Below are positions 18,541 through 28,127 of a DNA stretch of 55,697 nt, piece by piece. This stretch comes from Candidatus Micrarchaeota archaeon (GTDB taxonomy: Archaea; Micrarchaeota; Micrarchaeia; Anstonellales; JAGGVH01). Location of the stretch: NCBI GenBank assembly GCA_021158105.1, contig JAGGVH010000039.1, forward strand, positions 1 through 55,697, given 5' to 3'. How positions within the stretch are numbered: the stretch's first letter is position 1; each line of letters begins with the position of its first letter. The notes below the pieces were generated by a model. The model worked only from the letters and a program-made list of their open reading frames with translations, was not told where the DNA came from and made no database searches. Position numbers and translations under genes: made by a program.

Positions 18541-19137
18541 TCACCCCTTTAACACCTTTTTCTTTTCAAGGTTAGGTACTTGCTTCTCCTTATTACTCTT
18601 TTTTGAATCATTACTTTTTTCACTCTTGCCTTTAACTTCCTGCTCGGACTTGGCCTTGCTCTCGCCCTCCTTACTAGCCTTTTCTTTTACTTCCTTCTTA
18701 CTCTTTTCTTCTTCTTTTTTCTTCTTAATCTTCTCCTTCTTCTTCATCTTGCTAGCCTTAACAGCCTTTTTGTCATTAAGAGTCTTAAGTTTTCTTTCGC
18801 CAGTCTTGTTGGCAATCTTTAACTTATTTTCTGTAGCACGTTTCTCAATCTCTAACCTTTTCTTTATCCCAACAGAACCTGCAATTCTTACAATAACATC
18901 TTTCAACCCTTTAAGCTCATTAACACTTGAAACTATAACTTCTTTAAGCCCAGATGGATGTTTACCTCTCTCACTCCTTTTTCTTGAATATCCTATGCTG
19001 ACAATCGGCCAAGTTTGCTTTAATTTCTGACGTTGTTTGTTACCAACGCCCCTTGGCCTTTTCCATTTATCATCCAACCTTGACCTCTTGCTTCTGCCAA
19101 GGTTAGGTCTCTTAAAATGTGGTGTATGTCTTGACAT
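18541..19137 (-). CDS. rpl32e: 50S ribosomal protein L32e with Lys/Glu-rich C-terminal extension
   Basis: FKRPN, WKRPRG, GKHPSGLKEV, IAGSVGIKKR motifs. Confidence 0.95.
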   Translation of the reverse strand: MSRHTPHFKRPNLGRSKRSRLDDKWKRPRGVGNKQRQKLKQTWPIVSIGYSRKRSERGKHPSGLKEVIVSSVNELKGLKDVIVRIAGSVGIKKRLEIEKRATENKLKIANKTGERKLKTLNDKKAVKASKMKKKEKIKKKKEEEKSKKEVKEKASKEGESKAKSEQEVKGKSEKSNDSKKSNKEKQVPNLEKKKVLKG

Positions 19138-19141
19138 TTGA

Positions 19142-19645
19142 TCACCCCTCTAAAACATCATATATTCCATCTTGAAATACTCTCCTGTCACGATCTGACC
19201 GTGTAATCTTTTTTATGTTGTGTGCAGTCTGCCCCACTGCTTCTTTATCACAGCTCGTTATTGTTATTTCATTACCCTTGACTTCAACCTTTGCATCACC
19301 ATGTATTTTACACTTCCTAGGACATCTCTCGCCAAGATAATTCTTTATGATTATCTCTTTTCCTTTGACTTCGACAGTGATCGGGAAATGATGATAACGA
19401 ATTATCAACCTTTTTGTAAACGGTTCTACCACACCTTTTATCATGTTTTCAATGTGCGCCTTGACAGTACCATTTATTGCCTTATCATCTGATTCAACAA
19501 CAACCACCCTATTATCATCGGTTGAAATGCTTAAACCACGAATGTTAAACGTTCTATTAATCTCGCCTTTAGGTCCTTTGACATGAACGTTTGAATTTGC
19601 TATTGTGACGTTCACACCTTCTGGTATTATTATTTCACTTTTCAT
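19142..19645 (-). CDS. rpl6: 50S ribosomal protein L6
   Basis: VKGPKG, HFPITV, NYLGE, GQTA.NI, DRRVFQDGIY motifs. Confidence 0.96.
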   Translation of the reverse strand: MKSEIIIPEGVNVTIANSNVHVKGPKGEINRTFNIRGLSISTDDNRVVVVESDDKAINGTVKAHIENMIKGVVEPFTKRLIIRYHHFPITVEVKGKEIIIKNYLGERCPRKCKIHGDAKVEVKGNEITITSCDKEAVGQTAHNIKKITRSDRDRRVFQDGIYDVLEG

Positions 19646-19714
19646 ATCAACACCCCATTCATCTTACAATGCTGTTTCTTATCATCCCATTTCTCACTAT
19701 TATTTAAGATATCT

Positions 19715-20101
19715 TCAATAAACATACGCCAACAACCTTCCGCCTATCCCGTTCTTCTTAGCATCATCATTGGTCATTACACCTTGCGGAGTTGTAACGA
19801 TTAATATCCCAAACCCTTCTGCGGGTATATACTGCTGTTCCCATTGCGGCCATTCGGTCCTCTTGACTGGGAACCGTGGCTTGATAACATTGCACTTGTT
19901 GATTGCACCTTTAAGTTTGACTTCAAAATAACCTGACTTGCCGTCATCAATATACTCAAACTCGTCAACATAATCATGCTGTTGCATCACTTTCAAAACT
20001 TCCTTAATAAGTTTAGATGCTGGTATTCTGCATTTTGTCTTATTAATTGCTTCATGAGTCTTTATTATATTCAGCGCATCTGCTAATAGGTCTTTTGACA
20101 T
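19715..20101 (-). CDS. rps8: 30S ribosomal protein S8
   Basis: DLLADAL, INKCNVIKPRF, LIVTTPQGVM, GGRLLAYVY motifs. Confidence 0.97.
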   Translation of the reverse strand: MSKDLLADALNIIKTHEAINKTKCRIPASKLIKEVLKVMQQHDYVDEFEYIDDGKSGYFEVKLKGAINKCNVIKPRFPVKRTEWPQWEQQYIPAEGFGILIVTTPQGVMTNDDAKKNGIGGRLLAYVY

Positions 20102-20110
20102 TAAACCACC

Positions 20111-20278
20111 TCAATTATACTTCTTAAATCCAATCTTTTCTGCAACTTCTCTAAAACATCTTCTGCAAAGCATGATCCCGTGAGCAGTTATCACATCTCT
20201 AGTAGTGCCACACCTACTACATCTATAACCTTCCTTCTTTTTCATTCTTGGATATTTTTTTGTTTTCTTTTTTGCCAT
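20111..20278 (-). CDS. rps14: 30S ribosomal protein S14 (zinc-binding; not in ORF track)
   Basis: Translated by hand: MAKKKTKKYPRMKKKEGYRCSRCGTTRDVITAHGIMLCRRCFREVAEKIGFKKYN (55 aa), CxxC...CxxC; between L5 and S8. Confidence 0.96.
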   Translation of the reverse strand: MAKKKTKKYPRMKKKEGYRCSRCGTTRDVITAHGIMLCRRCFREVAEKIGFKKYN

Positions 20279-20296
20279 AGTCAGCACCCCTATAAT

Positions 20297-20854
20297 CTAT
20301 ATTATCTCAACACCAAACTCTTTCTTCATAAACTCCATTGCATGTTCTGGCGTTATTCTGTGATTCTTACCAATCTTGCCTTTCCGTCTTTTCCTAAGAT
20401 TAACTCTTCTCCCAGGACGGGACAGCGTTACACATACATCAAACCCCATCATACCAAGCTTTGGATTATACTTAATCCCTGGAAAATCAATGTACTCAGA
20501 CACCCCAAATGACAGATTACCAAACCTGTCAAACATCTTCCTACTAAGTTTATTCTTTCTAGCTTTCAACGATTTCTTTAGAATGTCAACTGCTACAGAT
20601 TTGCGCAATGTCACTTTTGCACCTATCGGGTCACCCTTTTTTATCTTAAACACAGGATTTCTAACCTTTGCAAGAGTTTCAACAGGTGTCCTGCCAGTGA
20701 TCTCTTTTAACAATCCTTTGGCATTCTCTAAAGCTATTCCTGCCTGGCCAACGCCAATGTTTAATGTTACTTTTTCAACAAATATATCCCGCATAGGATT
20801 TGCTTCCTTATTATTTTTTGATTTTGATGTTGACTCTTTAGTATCCTTTGCCAT
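20297..20854 (-). CDS. rpl5: 50S ribosomal protein L5
   Basis: NPMRDIFVEKVTLNIGVG, IGAKVTLR, FDRFGNLSFG, GFDVCVTL motifs. Confidence 0.97.
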   Translation of the reverse strand: MAKDTKESTSKSKNNKEANPMRDIFVEKVTLNIGVGQAGIALENAKGLLKEITGRTPVETLAKVRNPVFKIKKGDPIGAKVTLRKSVAVDILKKSLKARKNKLSRKMFDRFGNLSFGVSEYIDFPGIKYNPKLGMMGFDVCVTLSRPGRRVNLRKRRKGKIGKNHRITPEHAMEFMKKEFGVEII

Positions 20855-20859
20855 GAGTA

Positions 20860-21576
20860 TCACCCCACTACCTTAACCCATTTAACATCATCAACCGGGA
20901 AAAGATACTTTTTAACTGTATAAAATGTCATACCATCATCTGTCTCAAGCTTGGCTTGCCTCTGCCCCATGCCCAAATCTTTAATCTCAACAACCTTTCC
21001 AATACTCCCAGCATGTTTACCCTTTACAACATAACATAATGACCCCTCTTTGATAGGTATATGCTTAACAACGTCCAATTCTGGAACAGTAATAACCACT
21101 GAATCGCCTACTAAATAGTTCTCTTTAATGATTATGTTCTTACCATCATGTAACGTAACTGTAAGCTTACCTTTGGGCTGGACAAATTTATGTTTAATCT
21201 GAACAATCTTCTGCTTACTCTCATCTTTCTTGATTTCCATAGGGACAAGTTTCCCCTTATCATTAATTATCATGCGAAAGTATGTACCCTGAGAAGGAAA
21301 AGATACTATGTCCATGATACCTACTGGATACCTATAATCCTTGACAATTTTGCCATCAACCATTACATGGCCGTTAGCAAGAATCTTTTTAACCTCTTTA
21401 AGCGTTTGAGCATAACCTAAAATGTCTCTTATTAATACTGCCAATGGGATTGAATCGTCCTTAGGATGCGGACCAGGATTAGTTTTCACAATCCAAACGT
21501 CCTGCTTTTTATTTTTAAGCTTTGCAAGTTTTGAAGCATTTAACCGTTTTATACTCTTTGTGCCTCTTTTCATCAT
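20860..21576 (-). CDS. rps4e: 30S ribosomal protein S4e
   Basis: PGPH...SIPL.VLIRD, VDGK...PVGIMDIV, LHDGKN, GKHAG motifs. Confidence 0.96.
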   Translation of the reverse strand: MMKRGTKSIKRLNASKLAKLKNKKQDVWIVKTNPGPHPKDDSIPLAVLIRDILGYAQTLKEVKKILANGHVMVDGKIVKDYRYPVGIMDIVSFPSQGTYFRMIINDKGKLVPMEIKKDESKQKIVQIKHKFVQPKGKLTVTLHDGKNIIIKENYLVGDSVVITVPELDVVKHIPIKEGSLCYVVKGKHAGSIGKVVEIKDLGMGQRQAKLETDDGMTFYTVKKYLFPVDDVKWVKVVG

Positions 21577-21583
21577 ACCACCC

Positions 21584-21970
21584 CTATAATCCTAATTTCT
21601 TTTTTCTGTGTTCAGTCATATTAAGATTAATAATCTCAAGGTTTGACGGTTCAAGCGAAACATTCTTCTCCTGACCTCTCACATTTGTCTGTGTAACGCC
21701 TTCCATGTAAACCTTTAACTTAATATAATCAACATCAACAACCTTGCCAGTCCTACCCTTGAATTTGCCTTTGCGCACCCTGACTGTGTCACCTTTATTG
21801 ACCAGAATGGCACGTTTCTTTGTCTTAATCTTATTCTTTAACTCCTTTGAAATATGAACATTGAGAAATCTTTTCCTTACATTAATGGGCGCCTTTGCCC
21901 TAAACTTTCTTTGTTTTCTGGGCTTGCCAGATTTTGGCATTTTGACAACGGTTTTCTTATCTAACATCAT
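21584..21970 (-). CDS. rpl24: 50S ribosomal protein L24
   Basis: KPRKQRK, KGDTVRVRKGKFKG KOW motif, EPSNLEI. Confidence 0.96.
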   Translation of the reverse strand: MMLDKKTVVKMPKSGKPRKQRKFRAKAPINVRKRFLNVHISKELKNKIKTKKRAILVNKGDTVRVRKGKFKGRTGKVVDVDYIKLKVYMEGVTQTNVRGQEKNVSLEPSNLEIINLNMTEHRKKKLGL

Positions 21971-21985
21971 ACCACCCCAAACATC

Positions 21986-22387
21986 TTATGCCACACCTGA
22001 CGATATCGCAGCAATCTTAGGATAATTCTCAGCAATTTCCCTTGCAATGACACCTTTGATTTCTGTGGCAATGGGCAACATCTTCTTAGGTTCAATGAGC
22101 ACAGCAGCGTTATCCTCAAAAATTACTGTCATGCCATTCGCCCGTTTGTACGGTGCCCTCTGTCGAACAACCAATGCTTTAACCTTCTTCTTCCTCATTG
22201 CAGGAGTGCCTTTCTTCACTGAGCACACAACAACCGAACCGATCCCTGCACTGGGGACTCTCCTGTGAATACCTTTGTATTTAAGAACATTTATGATCTC
22301 TAGAATCTTTGCACCGCTGTTGTCTGCACACGTCAGTCTTGCCCCAACAGGCAATGCACGAGTGATATTTGCACTTAACGCTTTCAT
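21986..22387 (-). CDS. rpl14: 50S ribosomal protein L14
   Basis: CADNSGAK, VKKGTP, VVRQR, FEDNAAVL motifs. Confidence 0.97.
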   Translation of the reverse strand: MKALSANITRALPVGARLTCADNSGAKILEIINVLKYKGIHRRVPSAGIGSVVVCSVKKGTPAMRKKKVKALVVRQRAPYKRANGMTVIFEDNAAVLIEPKKMLPIATEIKGVIAREIAENYPKIAAISSGVA

Positions 22388-22677
22388 TTCTTACCACCTG
22401 CCTTACCTTTATTAACTTCTTTTTTCCCACTTATTGATTCCAATATTATCCACGATTTTGTCTTACTAATTCTCCTTGTCTCGCCAACCTTGACAACATC
22501 TCCAACGTTAACTTCCATACCATCTGGAACATGAGCATGAATCTTTGAATGTTCCCTTGCATACCTCTTATACTTGCCAATCTTCTTAACTCTGTCAATC
22601 CTGATGACAGCAGTCTTTTTTGCCTTGTTGCTTACAACAGTACCAATCTTTACTGCACCTCTCGGTAATATATTCAT
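22384..22677 (-). CDS. rps17: 30S ribosomal protein S17
   Basis: PRG...GTVVS.KAKKT, KYKRY..EHSKIHAH, GETRRISKTK; ATG 22677 follows GAGGTGG. Confidence 0.95.
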   Translation of the reverse strand: MNILPRGAVKIGTVVSNKAKKTAVIRIDRVKKIGKYKRYAREHSKIHAHVPDGMEVNVGDVVKVGETRRISKTKSWIILESISGKKEVNKGKAGGKK

Positions 22678-22702
22678 ACCTACCACCTCAAACATAATCA
22701 TC

Positions 22703-23014
22703 CTATTTCATCATCTTTAATCTGTCATACGGCCTGCGGATAATGTCATTGCCGTCAATCTCCACAATATTATTATTCATATTAAATGCAAATCTGTTGC
22801 CTCTTTTAGGTACAACCTTTACCCCGTGAACTGACATGATCTTCAAAGTGTTATACGTCTCGTCAACAACCTTGCCTTTCACACCCATAAGAACATCATT
22901 GGGCGAGAAAGTTACTGTGACATCTAACCCAATAAACTCATGAGATTTTGGATATCTTAAAAGATATTTCTCATTCCCTATCATCCTTATTAAACTGTCT
23001 AAAGCATCAACCAT
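22703..23014 (-). CDS. rnp1: RNase P protein subunit Rpp29/Pop4
   Basis: HEFIGL.V.V, GKVVDETYNTL, VPK, IDGNDIIRRPYDRL; conserved position. Confidence 0.92.
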   Translation of the reverse strand: MVDALDSLIRMIGNEKYLLRYPKSHEFIGLDVTVTFSPNDVLMGVKGKVVDETYNTLKIMSVHGVKVVPKRGNRFAFNMNNNIVEIDGNDIIRRPYDRLKMMK

Positions 23015-23029
23015 GCAACCATCCTCATT

Positions 23030-23359
23030 CTACTTTCTTTTGCTTTTTCTCATAACATCCTCAACAGTTATATGTTCTGGCTTATAACCGCTCTTTACCA
23101 GAAAATCCTTGACTCTTTTCCTATGATCACCCTGTAATATAATATTCTCACCTTTCACAGTACCACCACATGCAAGAGCATGTTTCAGTTCCTTAGCAGT
23201 TGACACCAATTTCTTTTTATCAACACCTTCCACAACAGTTATAACCTTCCTAAACTTTGAAGTTGTAAGATATATTACAATATTTTCAGTCTGCTCCTTT
23301 TCTAAGATGTCACAAACACACAAATCCTTTGGCAAGCCACACTTTGGACATATATCCAT
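23030..23359 (-). CDS. Translation initiation factor SUI1/aIF1
   Basis: CPKCGLPKDLCVC, LKHALACGGTVK, LQGDHR motifs. Confidence 0.95.
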   Translation of the reverse strand: MDICPKCGLPKDLCVCDILEKEQTENIVIYLTTSKFRKVITVVEGVDKKKLVSTAKELKHALACGGTVKGENIILQGDHRKRVKDFLVKSGYKPEHITVEDVMRKSKRK

Positions 23360-23377
23360 CCATATTTCACCTCACAC

Positions 23378-23569
23378 CTATTTCTGTTCATTTAATATTG
23401 TTTTTATCCTAGCTTTAATCTTCTTAAGATTTCGAATCTTCCCAGGATTGAACGCACGACCTCCGCTACCTTTTTTGCTGCGCTCAAACAACAGTTCATT
23501 CTCAACATCCTTTAACCTCTTAACCAATTGCTCTGTCGTGAGTGCTTTAAGTTCAACAAACTTTTTCAT
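23378..23569 (-). CDS. rpl29: 50S ribosomal protein L29
   Basis: ELL.ER...NPGKIRNLKKIKARIKTILNE. Confidence 0.93.
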   Translation of the reverse strand: MKKFVELKALTTEQLVKRLKDVENELLFERSKKGSGGRAFNPGKIRNLKKIKARIKTILNEQK

Positions 23570-23571
23570 TC

Positions 23572-24177
23572 TTAATCACCACCTTTATCATCCTGTTCTA
23601 TGTTAAGTTTTGATTCTGGGGGCACTATCCTTACAGTTATACCAATAATACCATAAGGTGTTATCGCAACAGAATTTGCAATTTTAACATTCTCCTTTGC
23701 GATCTCGCCTGCCTTTGGAACAAACCCTTTCATTGCTCTGAACGATTTTGCACGACCGCCCTTGCCTGCGAGTTTGCCTGCTATCCTGATCTCCACACCT
23801 ATTGCCCCGCGCTTCATAATCTCATCAATAAATGTGTGCGCGACATACCTATAACTACGTTTCATTTCAATATATTTTGCAGCCTTCTCAGCAACAAGCT
23901 TTGGGTTTAAATACATGTCACCGATCTCAACAACATTAATCTGGGGATTGTCAATATTAAACTTTACTTTTATAGCGTCTGTCAATGTCTGGATCGATTT
24001 GCCTTTACGTCCTATAACCTTTCCCGGCGATAAACATTCAACGTTAACCTTTGTAACCATTGGAGTCCGTCTCACTTCAATATTGCCAATGCCGGCAAAC
24101 TTGAGCTCCTTTGAAACAAATTCAGCTACTCTTTGCCTTAACAATGAATCATCAATAAATTTCTTCTCAATGCCCAT
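23572..24177 (-). CDS. rps3: 30S ribosomal protein S3
   Basis: PGKVIGRKG KH domain, GAIGVEIRIAGKL, YGIIGITV motifs. Confidence 0.97.
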   Translation of the reverse strand: MGIEKKFIDDSLLRQRVAEFVSKELKFAGIGNIEVRRTPMVTKVNVECLSPGKVIGRKGKSIQTLTDAIKVKFNIDNPQINVVEIGDMYLNPKLVAEKAAKYIEMKRSYRYVAHTFIDEIMKRGAIGVEIRIAGKLAGKGGRAKSFRAMKGFVPKAGEIAKENVKIANSVAITPYGIIGITVRIVPPESKLNIEQDDKGGD

Positions 24178-24915
24178 CTAATCACCACCCTTATCATCAG
24201 TTTTCTGTTCACCTTTTCCTTTAACTTCACTGTTGTTATTATTGTCCTTTTTCTCATCGTTCTTATTATCGGTTATAGTTTTGTTATCTTCTTGTTTATC
24301 ATCACTCTTTTGTTCTCGGTCTTTACCTTTATCTTTAGCAACGTTTACAGATTTATCAGGTTGAGCTGTTTCAGTCTTGTACTTCTTAACTTCTTTTGCT
24401 CCCTGTTTTTTCTTGACAGATGAACCCTTTTTCTCCTTGACATTTTTAGCTTTGCCTTTACCTGAATCATCAAAAGAAACCTCTTCAACTACTACTTCTG
24501 CAAACGCATTTTCATAAAATGCTCTGCGCCATCTTCCCCTGGGCGCAACACGTGCATACGTCCTCTGTTTGTTAGCAGCAATGTGGGTTATGACCAAGTC
24601 CTCATCGATCAATCCTTTCTGCTCAGCATTTGCAACTGCACTCTTGACAAGTTTAAGAATAATCCTCGCTTCCTTCATAGGCCACCTGCCCTTTTTACCG
24701 CCAAGTTCTCTGCGGTGCCCCATCTTCTTGTTATGCCTTCTGTACAATATCGGAATCCTACCCTTTACAGCCATCTCCAACATCTCAATTGCGTCTAACG
24801 CTTTCATTCCTCTGACACTATCGCACACTGCACCGAGGTCTTTAAATGAAGCATTGACATCTTCAACCCTTGCACGTGCAAACATCTCATTCTTCGGGTT
24901 ATACATATATCCCAT
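24178..24915 (-). CDS. rpl22: 50S ribosomal protein L22 with long charged C-terminal extension
   Basis: SFKD...VCD, GRWPMK, ANAEQKGL, PRGR motifs; ATG 24915 follows GAGGTGA. Confidence 0.95.
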   Translation of the reverse strand: MGYMYNPKNEMFARARVEDVNASFKDLGAVCDSVRGMKALDAIEMLEMAVKGRIPILYRRHNKKMGHRRELGGKKGRWPMKEARIILKLVKSAVANAEQKGLIDEDLVITHIAANKQRTYARVAPRGRWRRAFYENAFAEVVVEEVSFDDSGKGKAKNVKEKKGSSVKKKQGAKEVKKYKTETAQPDKSVNVAKDKGKDREQKSDDKQEDNKTITDNKNDEKKDNNNNSEVKGKGEQKTDDKGGD

Positions 24916-24926
24916 AAACTTCACCT

Positions 24927-25340
24927 CTACTTAAGCGGGACAAACTTGCTACCACGCGTAGCTCCCACCCCTGCACCAGAATGTTTGACTGCCTTTGTAG
25001 TATAAGAATATTCGCCAAGCCTATGCCCCAGCTTGTCAATCGTAATCTCAACATCGTTCCATTCCTTACCGTTGTGGACAGAAAACTTTAATCCCAACCA
25101 CTCAGGAATGATGACTGCGTCCCTAACATGAGTCTTGACAGGTTTGTTAAGTTTATTCTCTTGCTTTAGTTTGCGAACCTTTTCAATGAGTTTTCTGTAT
25201 TCAGGATTGTTATTCTTCTCAACAAGTCTGACCAATGCCCTGCGCGTGCGCGAACGGACAATCTTTGCAAACTCTTCAATTGACATCTTTTTCAATTCAT
25301 CTTCATTATTACCATAGAACGATTCTAACTTCTTTGCCAT
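24927..25340 (-). CDS. rps19: 30S ribosomal protein S19
   Basis: KTHVRD, VHNGKEW, GHRLGEYSYT, GATRGSKFVPLK motifs. Confidence 0.97.
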   Translation of the reverse strand: MAKKLESFYGNNEDELKKMSIEEFAKIVRSRTRRALVRLVEKNNNPEYRKLIEKVRKLKQENKLNKPVKTHVRDAVIIPEWLGLKFSVHNGKEWNDVEITIDKLGHRLGEYSYTTKAVKHSGAGVGATRGSKFVPLK

Positions 25341-25357
25341 GATTATTCACCTCATTT

Positions 25358-26080
25358 CTACCTCTTCCTCCTACCAGTCCTCCTAGCAGCAATATGGCCT
25401 ACTTTCCTGCCAGGAGGCGCATTCCTTGAGACTGTTGACTGTTTATGCGTATGGCTCTTGCCTCCAAACGGATGGTTTACTGCATTCATTGAAACACCTT
25501 TTACAATAGGCCACCTGCGATTGACTGCCTTAAACTTATGATATGACCGCCCAGCCTTAAACAGTGGACGTTCAAGGCGACCGCCACCTGAAATCACACC
25601 AACAGTTGCTCTGCATTGCCCATCAAATATAACTTTCCTATTACTGGGAAGACGAACCGTCACTTTGCTCCCTTCTTTTGATACAACTATCGCATACGCA
25701 CCCGGCGACCTGACAAACTTGCCGTTCTGGCCGGGCAATTTTTCAATGTTATACACATAATACCCTTCAGGAATGTTTTGTAATGGCAAAACGTTACCCA
25801 ACCCTATCGGTGCTTGGTTACCAGAATATATATTGTCGCCGACCTTAATCCCCTCCGGGGCTAGCATGATTAATTCTTCACCGTTCTCAAAAAGAACTTT
25901 CATTAACAAAGCCTGGTGTCCAGGGTCATCAATAAAACCTAACACCTCTCCTTTTGTAGTTCCACCCTTCTCAACGTCATCATAATTCCTATAAACAAGT
26001 TTAGTCTTAAACCTATGACTAGGTGCTCTGAACGTAGGCGACCCGCGACCTCTCCTTTGCGATAATATCCTTTTACCCAT
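25358..26080 (-). CDS. rpl2: 50S ribosomal protein L2
   Basis: MGKRILSQRRGRG, DDPGH, MNAVNHPFGG, PPGRKVGHIAARRTG motifs. Confidence 0.98.
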   Translation of the reverse strand: MGKRILSQRRGRGSPTFRAPSHRFKTKLVYRNYDDVEKGGTTKGEVLGFIDDPGHQALLMKVLFENGEELIMLAPEGIKVGDNIYSGNQAPIGLGNVLPLQNIPEGYYVYNIEKLPGQNGKFVRSPGAYAIVVSKEGSKVTVRLPSNRKVIFDGQCRATVGVISGGGRLERPLFKAGRSYHKFKAVNRRWPIVKGVSMNAVNHPFGGKSHTHKQSTVSRNAPPGRKVGHIAARRTGRRKR

Positions 26081-26096
26081 TCATACCACCCACTAA

Positions 26097-26345
26097 CTAA
26101 ACTGCACCGCCAATCTTATCAGCAATGTCTGATGCAGAATACTCTTTACCGAGTTTTACATAACATCGTTTGTCACCGCTTATAGTATTGAACATGTTGA
26201 CACTTGCAACTTTAACATTAAACTGAGTTTCAATCTCTTTCTTGACATCGGCCTTTGTAGCCCACTTGTCAACTGAAAACAATAATACATTATTTTCCAA
26301 TTCTCTTACAGCCTTTTCTGTGCTTATCAATCTTATCAATACCAT
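26097..26345 (-). CDS. rpl23: 50S ribosomal protein L23
   Basis: STEKA, ATKADVKKEIE..FNVKV..VN, KRCYVKL motifs. Confidence 0.95.
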   Translation of the reverse strand: MVLIRLISTEKAVRELENNVLLFSVDKWATKADVKKEIETQFNVKVASVNMFNTISGDKRCYVKLGKEYSASDIADKIGGAV

Positions 26346-26366
26346 ACAATCACCTTATCATCGTAA

Positions 26367-27161
26367 TCATCCAACAACTGTTATCATCTCGCTTAACTTT
26401 TTAATCGCACCTTGTGTGAACGCAGTCAACCTGGCAGGTTTCCCGCCCGGTGCTAGCAGTGACACATTAACCTCGTCAACCGGGACAACGTCTATCCCAG
26501 GAATGTTTTTTGCAGTCTTTAGCAATGGCGACTCGTTATCGGTTATGATTAATATTGAACGCGGGACATAAGTCCTGCTTTTAACCGCTCTTGCATTATT
26601 TTTCTTCCTGCCATCGCGTGAACGTAGCATGTCATCATGTGCAATCTTTAATAGTGCATTGTTAACATCTTTTGTCTTGTTAAGTTTTTCAAAATCATCA
26701 GACAATATTATTGGAACATTGCCATTAAACTTGTGCCCACGCATATTCACTAACTTAACATGCGCAGTTGCCGCTATACTGTTCAACAGTGCTTTAAAAT
26801 ATTCTTTTTTGTTCATCCTTTCGATTATCCTCTTCTCTACACGAGGGGGGTGCGCCCTGCGACCGCCGACAGTACTTGGTATGACACGAGCATTGCCCTG
26901 CCTGCCTTCAGGCAACTTCTCTCTTGGAACTTTGGACTGCCCCCTGTTCTTCATAGACCTGTACGATTCTTTCCTTCCCAAATAATCAGCAGACGTTTTC
27001 ATACCAGCCATGGGGTCTGTGCCCTTGGGCTGATAACTGTAAGATGTCTCATGAAGGTACGCCCTTTTTATAATGTCCTGCCTGACCGGCTGGTCAAAGA
27101 ATTTTGGGAGTAATACATCTCCAACCTTTTTCCCGTTGATATCATAAATGTCAGCTTTCAT
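26367..27161 (-). CDS. rpl4: 50S ribosomal protein L4
   Basis: VRQDIIKRA, AGMKTSA, VGGRRAHPP, NIPGIDV, LAPGG.PARLT motifs. Confidence 0.97.
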   Translation of the reverse strand: MKADIYDINGKKVGDVLLPKFFDQPVRQDIIKRAYLHETSYSYQPKGTDPMAGMKTSADYLGRKESYRSMKNRGQSKVPREKLPEGRQGNARVIPSTVGGRRAHPPRVEKRIIERMNKKEYFKALLNSIAATAHVKLVNMRGHKFNGNVPIILSDDFEKLNKTKDVNNALLKIAHDDMLRSRDGRKKNNARAVKSRTYVPRSILIITDNESPLLKTAKNIPGIDVVPVDEVNVSLLAPGGKPARLTAFTQGAIKKLSEMITVVG

Positions 27162-27173
27162 TCATACCACCTT

Positions 27174-28127
27174 TTAATTTTGAGGTTGTTTTGAAACATA
27201 AGACACCTGGACAGGCTGCACTGCACCTGGTTTACGTATTGCAAAACGTAGCCTGACCATTCTCTTCTTAACACCAGGGACAGAACCTTTTAACAGTATG
27301 TAACTATTCTTAACAACACCATACCTTGAAAACCCGCTCGCAGGATTAATGTCGCCGGGGTTGTCACCAATCTTGATTATAAGCTTATTATACTCTGTCC
27401 TTTTATGGTACCCCATCTGGCCGGCTTGAGGGATCTCATACGTAACATAACCGGGTTTAAACGGACCAAGGTTGCCGATGTGCCTAACCTTATTAGTCGC
27501 CTTGGGCCTCTGTTTTCGGATGCCAAAACGTTTTATCACACCTTGCCATCCCTTACCCTTTGTTATTGAAACAACGTCAACATACTGGCCCTGAGAGAAT
27601 ACATCTGTGGCCTTTATAGGTTTATTCAGCAATCCTTTTGCATATTCTAATGCTTCTTTTGGCTCACCGCCAACTTTAATCATCATCTTTTCAACTCTTT
27701 TTTTGCCGATACTGGTCTTTGCAGGTTGTGTGTATGCCAACACATAAACCTCATCAAACAGTTCAGGGTATTCTGGCTTGATAGGGTTTTGTGCGCGTTT
27801 TTTAAACCCTGCCTCAGCCAAAATGTTCTTATCATCTGTCAGGACATCCCTGACAGTCTGTCCATTGCTCATCAATCGTATCCCATAAACGATCATGTCT
27901 GGAACTTCAATGATTGTCACTGGTGAAAATACCTTTTTACCTTTCAGATGCGACTTTGACTGGTCAATGTATGTCACATGGGTCATGCCCGCCTTGTATC
28001 CTGCAAACCCTAACAATTTAGGCTTATCTGACATTGGCCACGCAGTGACACGCGGCATGTCCGTTGAGGCTCTCTTCCTGGGCCTGAATGCCAGGGAACC
28101 TTTCCTTGGTTTATTATGTTTTGCCAT
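27174..28127 (-). CDS. rpl3: 50S ribosomal protein L3
   Basis: PRKGSLAFRPRKRA, GYKAGMT, TKGKGWQGVIKRFG, AGQMGYHKRTEYNK, KGSVPG motifs. Confidence 0.98.
   Translation of the reverse strand: MAKHNKPRKGSLAFRPRKRASTDMPRVTAWPMSDKPKLLGFAGYKAGMTHVTYIDQSKSHLKGKKVFSPVTIIEVPDMIVYGIRLMSNGQTVRDVLTDDKNILAEAGFKKRAQNPIKPEYPELFDEVYVLAYTQPAKTSIGKKRVEKMMIKVGGEPKEALEYAKGLLNKPIKATDVFSQGQYVDVVSITKGKGWQGVIKRFGIRKQRPKATNKVRHIGNLGPFKPGYVTYEIPQAGQMGYHKRTEYNKLIIKIGDNPGDINPASGFSRYGVVKNSYILLKGSVPGVKKRMVRLRFAIRKPGAVQPVQVSYVSKQPQN

Noticed and set aside
17495-24200. Several proteins end in KGD/GGD-like residues
   Set aside because: Explained by the GGTGAT ribosome-binding site of the next gene overlapping the last codons.
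15718-27926. Many 60-170 aa plus-strand ORFs across the r-protein cluster
   Set aside because: Antisense shadows of conserved genes, no RBS or motifs.
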